Assembly (NCBI GenBank): GCA_964016885.1
Contig: OZ024740.1
Span: 3,100,001-3,164,000, forward strand
DNA length: 64,000 bases
Source of the DNA: Eledone cirrhosa
Taxonomy: Eukaryota
Direction: 5' to 3'
The translations under genes and the position numbers were made by a program. The notes below the pieces were generated by a model. The model ran no database searches. It was not told the DNA's origin and saw nothing but the letters and a program-made list of their open reading frames with translations. Position 1 is the stretch's first letter; each line of letters opens with the position of its first letter. Below, piece after piece: positions 40,424-55,400 of this stretch.

Positions 40424-43400
40424 AAACCTCACTAATACCTCACTAGACCTCACTAGACCTCACTAGACCTCACTAGACCTCACAAGACCTCACTAATACC
40501 TCACTAGACCTCACTAGACCTCACTAGACCTCACTAGACCTCACTAGACCTCACAAGACCTCACTAATACCTCACTAGACCTCACTAATACCTCACTAGA
40601 CCTCACTAATACCTCACTAGACCTCACTAGACCTCACTAATACCTCACTAGACCTCACTAGACCTCACAAGACCTCACTAATAACTCAATAATAGCCCAC
40701 TAGACCTCACTAATACCTCACTAGACCTCACTAGATCTCACTAATACCTCACTAGACCTCACTAGACCTCACTAGACCTCACTAGACCTCACAAGACCTC
40801 ACTAATACCTCACTAGACCTCACTAATACCTCACTAATGCCTCACTAAAACCTCACTAATACCTCACTAGACCTCATTAGACCTCACTAATACATCATTA
40901 ATACCTCACTAGACCTCGCTAGACATCACTAATACCCCACTAATACCTCACTAGACCTTATTAATACCTCACTAGACCCCACTAAAACCTCACTAGACCT
41001 CACTAATACCTCACTAATACCTCACTAGACCTCACTAATACCTCACTAGATTTCACTAATACCTCACTAGGTTTCACTAATACCTCACAAGACCTCACTT
41101 ATGCCTCACTAATACCTCTCTAATACCTCACTAGACCTCACTAATTCCTCACTAACACCTCAATAATTTCTCATTAATACCTGACTAATACCTCACTAGC
41201 ATCACACTAGACCTCACTAAACCTCACTAATACATCACTAATACCTCACTAATACCTCACTAGACCTCACTAATACCTCACTAGACCTCACTAGACCTCA
41301 CAAATACCTAACTAATACCTCACTATACTTCACTAATACCTCACTAATACCTCATTAGACATCACTAATACCTCACTAATACCTCACTAGACCTAACTAA
41401 TACCTCACTATACTTCACTAATACCTCACTAATACCACACTAGACGTCACTAATAACTCACTAATACTTCACTAGACCTAACTAATACCTCACTAATATC
41501 TCACTAGACCTAACTAATACCTCACTAATACCTCACTAGAACTCACTAATACCTCACTAATAACTCAATAATACTCCACTAATACCTCACTAATACCTCA
41601 CTAGACATCATTAGACCTCACTAATACATCATTAATACCTCACTAGACCTCGCTAGACCTCATTAATACCCCACTAATACCTCACTAGACCTTACTAATA
41701 CCTCACTAGACCCCACTAAAACCTCACTAGACCTCACTAATACCTCACTAATACCTCACTAATACCTCACTAGACCTCACTAATACCTCACTAGGTTTCA
41801 CTAATACCTCAATAGACCTCACTTATAACTCAATAATAGCTCACTAGACGTCACTAGACGTCACTAATACCTCACTAGACCTCACTAATAACTCAATAAT
41901 AGCCCACTAGACCTCACTAATACCTCACTAGACCTCAATAATATCTAGCTAGACCTCACTAGACCTCACTAATATCCTCACTAATACCTCACTAGACCTC
42001 ACTTATAACAAACTAATAGCTCACTAGATCCCACTAATACCTCACTAATACCTCACTAGAGCACACTAATACCCAGCTAGACCTCACTAGACTTCACTAA
42101 TACCTCACGAGACCTCACTAATACCTCACTAGACCTCACTAATACCTCACTAATACCTCACTAGAGCTCACTAATACCTCACTAGATCTCACTAGACCTC
42201 ACTAATACCTCACTAATAGCTCACAAACCTCACTAATACCTCACGAGACCTCACTAATACCTCACTATTACCTCACTAATACCTTACTAGACCTCACTAG
42301 ACGTCACTAAAGCTCACTAATACCTCACTAATACCTCACTAGACCTAGTGAGGTATTAACCTCACTAGACCCCACTAGACCTCGCTAATACCTAACTAAC
42401 ACATTACTAATACCTCACTAGACCTCACTAATACCTATCTAGACCTGACTAATACCTGACTAATACCTCACTAATACTTGACTAATACCTTACTAATACC
42501 TCACTAGATCTCACTAATACCTCACTAGACGTCACTAGACCTTACTAATACCTTGCTAATACCTCACTAATACCTCACTAAGACCACACTAGACCACTCT
42601 AATACCTCACTAATAGCTCACTAGAGACTATTAGTACCTTACTAGATCTCACTAATACCTCACTAGACCTCACTACACCTCACTAGACCTCACTAATACC
42701 TCACTAATACCTCACTAGACATCACTAATACCTCACGAATACCTCATTAATACCTCACTAATACCTCACTAGACCTCACTAGACCTCGCTAATACCTCAC
42801 TAATACGTCACTAATACCTCACTAGACCTCACTAATACCTCACTAGACCTCACTAATACCTCACTAATACCTCACTAATACCTCGCTAGACCTAACTAAT
42901 AACTCACTAGACCTCACTAATACCTCACTAATACCTTCACTAGACCTCACTAATACCTCACTAGACCTCAGTAGACCTCACTAATACCTCACTAGACCGC
43001 ACTAGACCTCACTAATACCTCACTAATGCCTCACTAATACCTCACTAGATCTCACTAATACCTCACTAATACCTCACTAGACCTCAGTAATAACTCACTA
43101 ATACCTCACTAGACCTCACTAATACCTCACTAGACCTGACTAATAGCTCACTAATACCTCACTAGACATCACTAATACCTCACGAATACCTCATTAATAC
43201 CTCACTAATACCTCACTAGACCTCACTAGACCTCGCTAATACCTCACTAATACGTCACTAATACCTCACTGGACCTCACTAATACCTCACTAGACCTCAC
43301 TAATACCTCACTAATACATCACTAATACCTCACTAGACCTCACTAATACCTCAATAATACCTCACTAGACCTCAGTAATACCTCACTAATACCTCACTAG

Positions 43401-46400
43401 ACCTCACTAATACCTCACTAGACCTCACTAATACCTCACTAATACATCACTAATACCTCACTAGACCTCACTAATACCTCAATAATACCTCACTAGACCT
43501 CAGTAATACCTCACTAATACCGCACTAGACCTCACTAGACCTCACTAGACCTCACTAGACCTCACTAAACCTCACTAATACCTCTCTAATACCTCACTAG
43601 ACCTCACTAATACCTCACTAGATCTCCCTAGACATCACTAATACATCACTAATACCTCACGAGACCTCACTAATACCTCACTAATGCCTCACTAATACCT
43701 CACTAGAACTCACTAATACATCACTAATACCTCACTAGACCTCACTCATACCTCACTAATACCTCACTAGACCTCAGTAATACCTCACAAATACCTCACT
43801 AGACCTCACTAATACACCACTAATACCACACTAATACCTCACTAATAGCGCACTAGACCTCACTAGACCTCACTAGACCTCACTAGACCTCACTAAACCT
43901 CACTAATACCTCTCTAATACCTCACTAATACCTCACTAATACCTCACTAGACCTCGCTAGACCTCACTAATACCCCACTAATACCTCACTAGAGCTAACT
44001 AATACCTCACTAGATCCCACTAATACCTCACTAGACCTCACTAGACCTCACTAATACATTCACTAAACCTCACTAATACCTCATTAAACCTGACTAATAG
44101 CTCACTAATACCTCACTAATACCTCACTAGACCTCACTAGACCTCACTAATACATTCACTAAACCTCACTAATACCTAATTAAACCTGACTAATACCGCA
44201 CTAATACCTCACTAATACCTCACTAGACCTCACTAGACCTCACTAATACATTCACTAAACCTCACTAATACCTCACAATATCTCACTAATACCTCACTAA
44301 ACCTGACTAATACTTCACTAGACCACACTAATACCTGACTAATACCTCACTAATTGCTCACTAGAGATCACTAGTATCTCACTAGAACTAGCTAATACCT
44401 CACTAATACCTCACTAGACCTCTGTAGTACCTCCCTAATACCTCACTAATACCTCACTATTACCTCACTAATACCTCACTAATACCTCTCTAGACCTCGC
44501 TAGACCTCACTAATACCCCACTAATACCTCACTAGAGCTAACTAATACCTCACTAGATCCCACTAATACCTCACTAGACCTCACTAATACCTCAGTAGAC
44601 CTCACTAATACCTCACTAGTCCTCACTAAAACCTCACTAATATCTCACTAATACCTCATTAGACCTCACTAGACCTTACTAATGCCTCACTAGACCTCAC
44701 TAATATCTCACTAGACCAGACTAATACCATAGTAGACCTCACTAATACCTCACTAATACATTACTAGACCTCACTAGACTTCACTAATACCTCACTAGAC
44801 GTCACTAATACCTCAATAATACCTCAGTAGACCTCACTTATACCACACTAATACCTCACTAGACCTCACTTATACCTCAGTAATACCTCACCAATCACTC
44901 ACTAGACCTCACTAATACCTCACTAATACCTCACTAATACCTCACTAGACCTCACTAGAGCTCACTAATACCTCACTAATACCTCACTAGACCTCACTAA
45001 TACCTCACTAATACCTCACAAGACTTCAGTAATACCTCACTAATACCTCACTAATACCTCACTAGACCTCACTAAACCTCATTAATACCACACTAATACT
45101 TCACTCATACCTCACTAGACCTCACTAATACGTCACTAATACCTCACTAGACCTCAGTAATACCTCACTAATACCTCACTAGACCTCACTAATACCTCTC
45201 TAATACCTCACCAGAGCTCACTAATACCTCACTAAACCTCACTAATACCTCACTAATACCTCACTAATACCTCACTAATACCTCACTAATACCTCGCTAG
45301 ACCTCACTAATACCTCACTAGACCTCAGTAATACCTCACTAATACCTCACTAATACCTCACTAGACCTCACTAATACACCACTAATACCACACTAATACC
45401 TCACTAATACCGCACTAGACCTCACTAGACCTCACTAGACCTCACTAGACCTCACTAAACCTCACTAATACCTCTCTAATACCTCACTAGACCTCACTAA
45501 TACCTCACTAGACCTCACTAATACCTCACTAATGCCTCACTAATACCTCACTAGATCTCACTAATACATCACTAATACCTCACTAGACCTCACTAATACC
45601 TCACTAATACCTCACTAGACATCAGTAATACCTCACTAGAGCTCACTAATACCTCACTAGACCTCACTAATACCTCACTAATTCCTCGCTAGTCCTCACT
45701 AATACCTCACTAGACCTCACTAATAGCTCACTAATACCTCACTAATACCTCACTAGACCTCACTAATACCTCACTAAACCTCACTAATACCTCACTAACA
45801 CCTCACTAGACCTCACTAGACCTCACTAATGCCTCACTAATACTTCACTAGACCTCGCTAATACGTCACTAATACCTCACTAATACCTCACTAGACCTCA
45901 CTAATACCTCACTAGACCTGACTAATACCTGACTAATACCTCACTAGACCTCACTAAAACCTCACTAATACCTCACTAATACCTCACTAATACCTCACTA
46001 ATACCTCACAAGTACCTCTCTAATACCTCACTAATACCTCACTAATACCTCACTAATACCTCACTAATACCTCACTAGACCTCTCTAATACCTCAGTAAT
46101 ATCTCACGAGACCTAACTAATACCTCACTAATACCCCACTCGATCTCACTAATACCTCACTAATACCTCACTAGACTTCACTAATACCTCACTAATACCT
46201 CACTAATACCTCACTAATACCTCACTAATACCTCACTAGACTTCACTAATACCTCACTAATACCTCACTAATACCTCACTAATAGCCCACAAGACCTCAC
46301 GAATACCTCACGAATACCTCACTAATACCTTACTAAACCTGACTAATACTTCACTAGACCACACTAATACCTGACTAATACCTCATTAATTGCTCACTAG

Positions 46401-49400
46401 AGATCACTAGTATCTCACTAGAACTAGCTAATACCTCACTAATACCTCACTAGACCTCTGTAGTACCTCCCTAATACCTCAGTAATACCTCACTAATACC
46501 TCACTAATACCTCACTAATACCTCACTAGACCTCGCTAGACCTCACTAATACCCCACTAATACCTCACTAGAGCTAACTAATACCTCACTAGATCCCACT
46601 AATACCTCACTAGACCTCACTAATACCTTAGTAGACCTCACTAATACCTCACTAGTCCTCACTAAAACCTCACTAATATCTAACTAATACCTCACTAGAC
46701 CTTACTAATGCCTCACTAGACCTCATAAATATCTCACTAGACCACACTAATACCATAGTAGACCTGACTAATACCTCACTAATACATTACTAGACCTCAC
46801 TAAACTTCACTAATACCTCACTAGACGTCACTAATACCTCAATAATACCTCTCTAGACCTCACTAATACCTGACTAATACCTCACTAGACCTCACTAAAA
46901 CCTCACTAATACCTCACTAATACCTCACTAATACCTCACTAATACCTCACAAGTACCTCTCTAATACCTCACTAATACCTCACTAATACCTCACTAATAC
47001 CTCACTAATACCTCACTAGACCTCTCTAATACCTCAGTAATATCTCACGAGACCTAACTAATACCTCACTAATACTTGACTAATACCTCACTAATACCCC
47101 ACACGATCTCACTAATACCTCACTAATACCTCACTAGACTTCAATAATACCTCACTAATACCTCACTAATACCTCACTAATACCTCACTAATACCTCACT
47201 AGACTTCACTAATACCTCACTAATACCTCACTAATACCTCACTAATAGCCCACTAGACCTCACGAATACCTCACGAATACCTCACTAATACCTCACTAGA
47301 CCTCACTAATAGCTCACTAATACCTCACTAATACCTCACTAGACCTCACTAGACCTCACTAATACATTCACTAAACCTCACTAATACCTCACAATATCTC
47401 ACTAATACCTCACTAAACCTGACTAATACTTCACTAGACCACACTAATACCTGACTAATACCTCACTAATTGCTCACTAGAGATCACTAGTATCTCACTA
47501 GAACTAGCTAATACCTCACTAATACCTCACTAGACCTCTGTAGTACCTCCCTAATACCTCACTAATACCTCACTATTACCTCACTAATACCTCACTAATA
47601 CCTCTCTAGACCTCGCTAGACCTCACTAATACCCCACTAATACCTCACTAGAGCTAACTAATACCTCACTAGATCCCACTAATACCTCACTAGACCTCAC
47701 TAATACCTCAGTAGACCTCACTAATACCTCACTAGTCCTCACTAAAACCTCACTAATATCTCACTAATACCTCATTAGACCTCACTAGACCTTACTAATG
47801 CCTCACTAGACCTCACTAATATCTCACTAGACCAGACTAATACCATAGTAGACCTCACTAATACCTCACTAATACATTACTAGACCTCACTAGACTTCAC
47901 TAATACCTCACTAGACGTCACTAGACGTCACTAATACCTCAATAATACCTCAGTAGACCTCACTTATACCACACTAATACCTCACTAGACCTCACTTATA
48001 CCTCAGTAATACCTCACCAATAACTCACTAGACCTCACTAATACCTCACTAATACCTCACTAATACCTCACTAGACCTCACTAGAGCTCACTAATACCTC
48101 ACTAATACCTCACTAGACCTCACTAATACCTCACTAATACCTCACAAGACTTCAGTAATACCTCACTAATACCTCACTAATACCTCACTAGACCTCACTA
48201 AACCTCATTAATACCACACTAATACTTCACTCATACCTCACTAGACCTCACTAATACGTCACTAATACCTCACTAGACCTCAGTAATACCTCACTAATAC
48301 CTCACTAGACCTCACTAATACCTCACTAATACCTCACCAGAGCTCACTAATACCTCACTAAACCTCACTAATACCTCACTAATACCTCACTAATACCTCA
48401 CTAATACCTCACTAATACCTCGCTAGACCTCACTAATACCTCACTAGACCTCACTAATACCTCACTAATACCTCACTAATACCTCACTAGACCTCACTAA
48501 TACACCACTAATACCACACTAATACCTCACTAATACCGCACTAGACCTCACTAGACCTCACTAGACCTCACTAGACCTCACTAAACCTCACTAATACCTC
48601 TCTAATACCTCACTAGACCTCACTAATACCTCACTAGACCTCACTAATACCTCACTAATGCCTCACTAATACCTCACTAGATCTCACTAATACATCACTA
48701 ATACCTCACTAGACCTCACTAATACCTCACTAATACCTCACTAGACATCAGTAATACCTCACTAGAGCTCACTAATACCTCACTAGACCTCACTAATACC
48801 TCACTAATTCCTCGCTAGTCCTCACTAATACCTCACTAGACCTCACTAATAGCTCACTAATACCTCACTAATACCTCACTAGACCTCACTAATACCTCAC
48901 TAAACCTCACTAATACCTCACTAACACCTCACTAGACCTCACTAGACCTCACTAATGCCTCACTAATACTTCACTAGACTTCGCTAATACGTCACTAATA
49001 CCTCACTAATACCTCACTAGACCTCAATAATACCTCACTAGACCTGACTAATACCTGACTAATACCTCACTAGACCTCACTAAAACCTCACTAATACCTC
49101 ACTAATACCTCACTAATACCTCACTAATACCTCACAAGTACCTCTCTAATACCTCACAAATACCTCACTAATACCTCACTAATACCTCACTAATACCTCA
49201 CTAGACCTCTCTAATACCTCAGTAATATCTCACGAGACCTAACTAATACCTCACTAATACCCCACTCGATCTCACTAATACCTCACTAATACCTCACTAG
49301 ACTTCACTAATATCTCACTAATACCTCACTAATACCTCACTAATACCTCACTAATACCTCACTAGACTTCACTAATACCTCACTAATACCTCACTAATAC

Positions 49401-52400
49401 CTCACTAATAGCCCACTAGACCTCACGAATACCTCACGAATACCTCACTAATACCTCACTAGACCTCACTAGACCTCACTAATAGCTCACTAATACCTCA
49501 CTAATACCTCATTAGACCTCACTAGACCTCACTAATACATTCACTAAACCTCATTAATACCTCATTAAACCTGACTAATACCTCACTAATACCTCACTAA
49601 TACCTCACTAGACCTCACTAGACCTCACTAATACATTCACTAAACCTCACTAATACCTCACAAAAACCTCACTAAACCTGACTAATACTTCACTAGACCA
49701 CACTAATACCTGACTAATACCTCATTAATTGCTCACTAGAGATCACTAGTATCTCACTAGAACTAGCTAATACCTCACTAATACCTCACTAGACCTCTGT
49801 AGTACCTCCCTAATACCTCAGTAATACCTCACTAATACCTCACTAATACCTCACTAATACCTCACTAGACCTCGCTAGACCTCACTAATACCCCACTAAT
49901 ACCTCACTAGAGCTAACTAATACCTCACTAGATCCCACTAATACCTCACTAGACCTCACTAATACCTTAGTAGACCTCACTAATACCTCACTAGTCCTCA
50001 CTAAAACCTCACTAATATCTAACTAATACCTCACTAGACCTTACTAATGCCTCACTAGACCTCATAAATATCTCACTAGACCACACTAATACCATAGTAG
50101 ACCTGACTAATACCTCACTAATACATTACTAGACCTCACTAAACTTCACTAATACCTCACTAGACGTCACTAGACGTCACTAATACCTCAATAATACCTC
50201 TCTAGACCTCACTAATACCTGACTAATACCTCACTAGACCTCACTAAAACCTCACTAATACCTCACTAATACCTCACTAATACCTCACAAGTACCTCTCT
50301 AATACCTCACTAATACCTCACTAATACCTCACTAATACCTCACTAATACCTCACTAGACCTCTCTAATACCTCAGTAATATCTCACGAGACCTAACTAAT
50401 ACCTCACTAATACTTGACTAATACCTCACTAATACCCCACACGATCTCACTAATACCTCACTAATACCTCACTAGACTTCACTAATACCTCACTAATACC
50501 TCACTAATACCTCACTAATACCTCACTAATACCTCACTAGACTTCACTAATACCTCACTAATACCTCACTAATACCTCACTAATAGCCCACTAGACCTCA
50601 CGAATACCTCACGAATACCTCACTAATACCTCACTAGACCTCACTAATAGCTCACTAATACCTCACTAATACCTCACTAGACCTCACTAGACCTCACTAA
50701 TACATTCACTAAACCTCATTAATACCTCATTAAACCTGACTAATACCTGACTAATACCTCACTAATACCTCACTAGACCTCACTAGACCTCACTAATACA
50801 TTCACTAAACCTCACTAATACCTCACAAAATTTCACTAATACCTCACTAAACCTGACTAATACTTCACTAGACCACACTAATACCTGACTAATACCTCAT
50901 TAATTGCTCACTAGAGATCACTAGTATCTCACTAGAACTAGCTAATACCTCACTAATACCTCACTAGACCTCTGTAGTACCTCCCTAATACCTCAGTAAT
51001 ACCTCACTAATACCTCACTAATACCTCACTAATACCTCACTAGGCCTCGCTAGACCTCACTAATACCCCACTAATACCTCACTAGAGCTAACTAATACCT
51101 CACTAGATCCCACTAATACCTCACTAGACGTCACTAGACGTCACTAATACCTCAATAATACCTCACTAGACCTCACTAATACCTTACTACACCTCACTAG
51201 ACCTCACATATACCTCAGTAATACCTCACCAATAACTCACTAGACCTCACTAATACCTCACTAATACCTCACTAATACCTCACTATACTTCACTAATACG
51301 TCACTACTACCTCACAAATACCTCACTTATAGCTCATTAGACTTCACTAATACCTCGCTAGTACCTCACTAATACCTCACTAATACCTCACTAATACCTC
51401 ACTCATACCACACTAGACCACTCTAATACCTCACTAATAGCTCACTAATACCCCACACGTAGTCAAGCTCATTAGACACTATTAGTACCTCACTAGATCT
51501 CACTAATACCTCACTAGACCTCACTAGACATTACTAACCCTCACTAATACCTCACTAATACATCACTAGACATCACTAATACCTCACTAGACCTCACTAA
51601 TACCTCACTAATACCTCACTAGACCTCATTAATACCTCACTAATACCTCGCTAGACCTCACTAATACCTCACTAGACCTCACTAATACCCCACTAATACC
51701 ACACTAATACCTCACTAATACCGCACTAGACCTCACTAGACCTCACTAGACCTCACTAGACCTCACTAGACCTCGCTACTACCTCACTAATACCTCACTA
51801 ATACCTCACTAGACCTCACTAATACCTCAATAGACCTCACTAATACCTCGCAAGACCTCACTAATACCTCACTAATACCTCACTAATAACTCACTAATAC
51901 CTCACTAGACCTCACTAATACCTCACTAGACCTCAGTAATACATCACTAATACCTCACTAGACCTCACTAATACCTCGCTAGACCTCACTAATACCTCAC
52001 TAGACATCACTAATACCTCACTAATACCTCACTAGACCTCACTAGACATCACTAATACCACACTAATACCACACTAATACCTCACTAATACCGCACTAGA
52101 CCTCACTAGACCTCACTAGACCTCGCTACTACCTCACTAATACCTCACTAATACCTCACTAGACCTCACTAATACCTCGGAAGACCTCACTAATACCTCA
52201 CTACTACCTCACTAGACCTCACTAGACCTTCTCTAATACCTCACTAATACCTCACTAATACCTCACTAATACCTCACTAGACCTCACTAATACCTCACTA
52301 ATACCTCACTAATACCTCACTAATACCTCACTAGACCTCACTAATACCTCACTAATACCTCACAAGACTTCAGTAATACCTCACTAATACCTCACTAATA

Positions 52401-55400
52401 CCTCACATATACCTCACTAGACCTCACTAAACCTCACTAATACCACACTAATACTTCACTAATATCTCACTAGACCTGACTAATACCTCACTAGACCTCA
52501 CTAATACTTCACTAATACCTAACTAAACCTCACTAATACCTCAATAGACCTCACTAATACTTCACTAATACCTCACTAGACCTCACTAATACCTCACTAA
52601 TACCTCACTAATACGTCACTAATACCTCGCTAGACCTCACTACTAGCTCACTAGACCTCACTAATACCTCACTAATACCTCACTATACCTCACTAATACC
52701 CAACTAATACCACACTAATACCTCACTAATACCACACTAGACCTCACTAGAGCTCACTAGAGCTCACTAGACCTCACTAAACCTCACTAATACCTCACTT
52801 ATACCTCACTAGACCTCACTAATACCACACTACACCTTAATAATACCTCACTAATAACTCACTAATACCTCACTAGACCTCACTAATACCTCACTAAACC
52901 TCACTAATACGCCACTAATACCCCAAGAGACCTTACTAATAACTCAGTAGACCTCACTAATATCTTAATAGACTACACTAATACCTCACTAATACTTCAC
53001 TAATACCTCACTAGATATGACTAGACCTCACTAATACCTCACTAATACCTCACTAGACCTCACTAATACCTAACTACACCACTAATACCTCTCTAGATCT
53101 CACTAATACCTCACTAATACCTAACTAGACCTCACTAAAACTCACTAATACATTCACTAAACCTCACTAATACCTCATTACACCTGACTAATACCTCACT
53201 AATACCAGAGTAATACCTCACTAAATCTCACTAATACCTCACTAATACCTCACTAATAGCTCACTAGACATCACTAGTATCTGACTAGAACTCGCTAATA
53301 CCTCACAAAAACCCCACTAGACCTCACTAATACCTCACTAGACCTCACTAGACCTCTCTAATACCTCACTAATACCTAACACAACCTCACTAGACATCAC
53401 TAGGACCTCACTAGATAACACTAGACCTCACTAATACCTCACTAGACCTCTGTAGTACCTCCCTAATACCTCACTAATACCTCACTAATAGCTCCCTAGA
53501 CACTATTAGTACCTCACTAGATCTCACTAATACGTCACTAGACCTCACTAGACATTACTAACCCTCACTAATACCTCACTAATACATCACTAGACATAAC
53601 TAATACCTCACTAGACCTCACTAATACCTCACTAATACCTCACTAGACCTCATTAATACCTCACTAATACCTCGCTAGACCTCACTAATACCTCACTAGA
53701 TCTCACTAATACCTCACTAATACCACACTAGACCTCACTAATACCCCACTAATACCTCACTAATACCGCACTAGACCTCACTAGACCTCATTAGACCTCA
53801 CTAGACCTCGCTACTACCTCACTAATACCTCACTAATACCTCACTAGACCTCATTAATACCTCACTAATACCTCGCTAGACCTCACTAATACCTCACTAG
53901 ATCTCACTAATACCTCACTAATACCACACTAGACCTCACTAATACCCCACTAATACCTCACTAATACCGCACTAGACCTCACTAGACCTCACTAGACCTC
54001 ACTAGACCTCGCTACTACCTCACTAATACCTCACTAATACCCCACTAATACCTCACTAATACCGCACTAGACCTCACTAATACCTCACTATACCTCACTA
54101 ATACCTCACTAATACCTCACTAATACCTCACGAATACCTCACTAATACCTCGCTAGACCTCACTAATACCTCACTAGACCTCACTAATACCTCACTAATA
54201 CCTCACTAGACCTCACTAGACATCACTAATACCACACTAGACCTCACTAATACCTCACTAATACCTCATTAATACCTCACTAGTACCTCACTAATACCTC
54301 ACTAGACCTCACTAGACATCACTAATACCTCACTAGACCTCACTAATACCTCACTAATACCTCATTAATACCTCACTAATACCTCACTAATACCTCACTA
54401 ATAACTCACTAATACCTCACTAGACCTCACTAATACCTCACTAGACCTCAGTAATACATCACTATTACCTCACTAGACCTCACTAATACCTCACTAATAC
54501 CTCACTAATACCTCACTAGACCTCAGTAATACATCACTAATACCTCACTAGACCTCACTAATACCTCACTAGACCTCACTAATACCTCACTAGACCGCAG
54601 TAATACATCACTAATACCTCGCTAGACCTCACTAATACCTCACTAGACCTCACTAATACCTCACTAATACCTCACTAGACCTCACTAGACATCACTAATA
54701 CCACACTTATACCACACTAATACCTCACTAATACCGCACTAGACCTCACTAGACCTCGCTACTACCTCACTAATACCTCACCAATACCTCACTAGACCTC
54801 ACTAATACCTCGCAAGACCTCACTAATACCTCACTAAACCTCACGAATACCTCACTAATACCTCGCTAGACCTCACTAATACCTCACTAATACCACAGGA
54901 AACCTCACTAATACCTCACTAGACCTCACTAATACGTCACTAATACCTCACTAGACCTCACAAATACCTCACTAGACCTCACTAATGCCTCACTAATACC
55001 TCACTAATACCTCACTAATACCTCTCTAGACCTCACAAATACCTCACTAGACCTCACTAATGCCTCACTAATACCTCACTAATACCTCACTAATACCTCA
55101 CTAGACCTCACAAATACCTCACTAGACCTCACTAATGCCTCACTAATACCTCACTAATACCTCACTAGACCTCACTGATACCTCACTAGACCTCACTAGA
55201 CATCACTAATACCACACTAATACCTCACTAGACCTCACTAATACCTCACTAATACCTCACTAATAACTCACTAATACCTCACTAGACCTCACTAATACCT
55301 CACTAGACCTCAGTAATACATCACTAATACCTCACTAGACCTCACTAATACCTCACTAATACCTCGCTAGACCTCACTAATACCTCACTAGACCTCACTA

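Noticed and set aside
39112-40466. Poly-Pro/His/Thr/Val/Gly ORFs (extensin- or formin-like)
   Set aside because: Translations of the GGT/GTT microsatellite, open in several frames on both strands and located upstream of the real acceptor.
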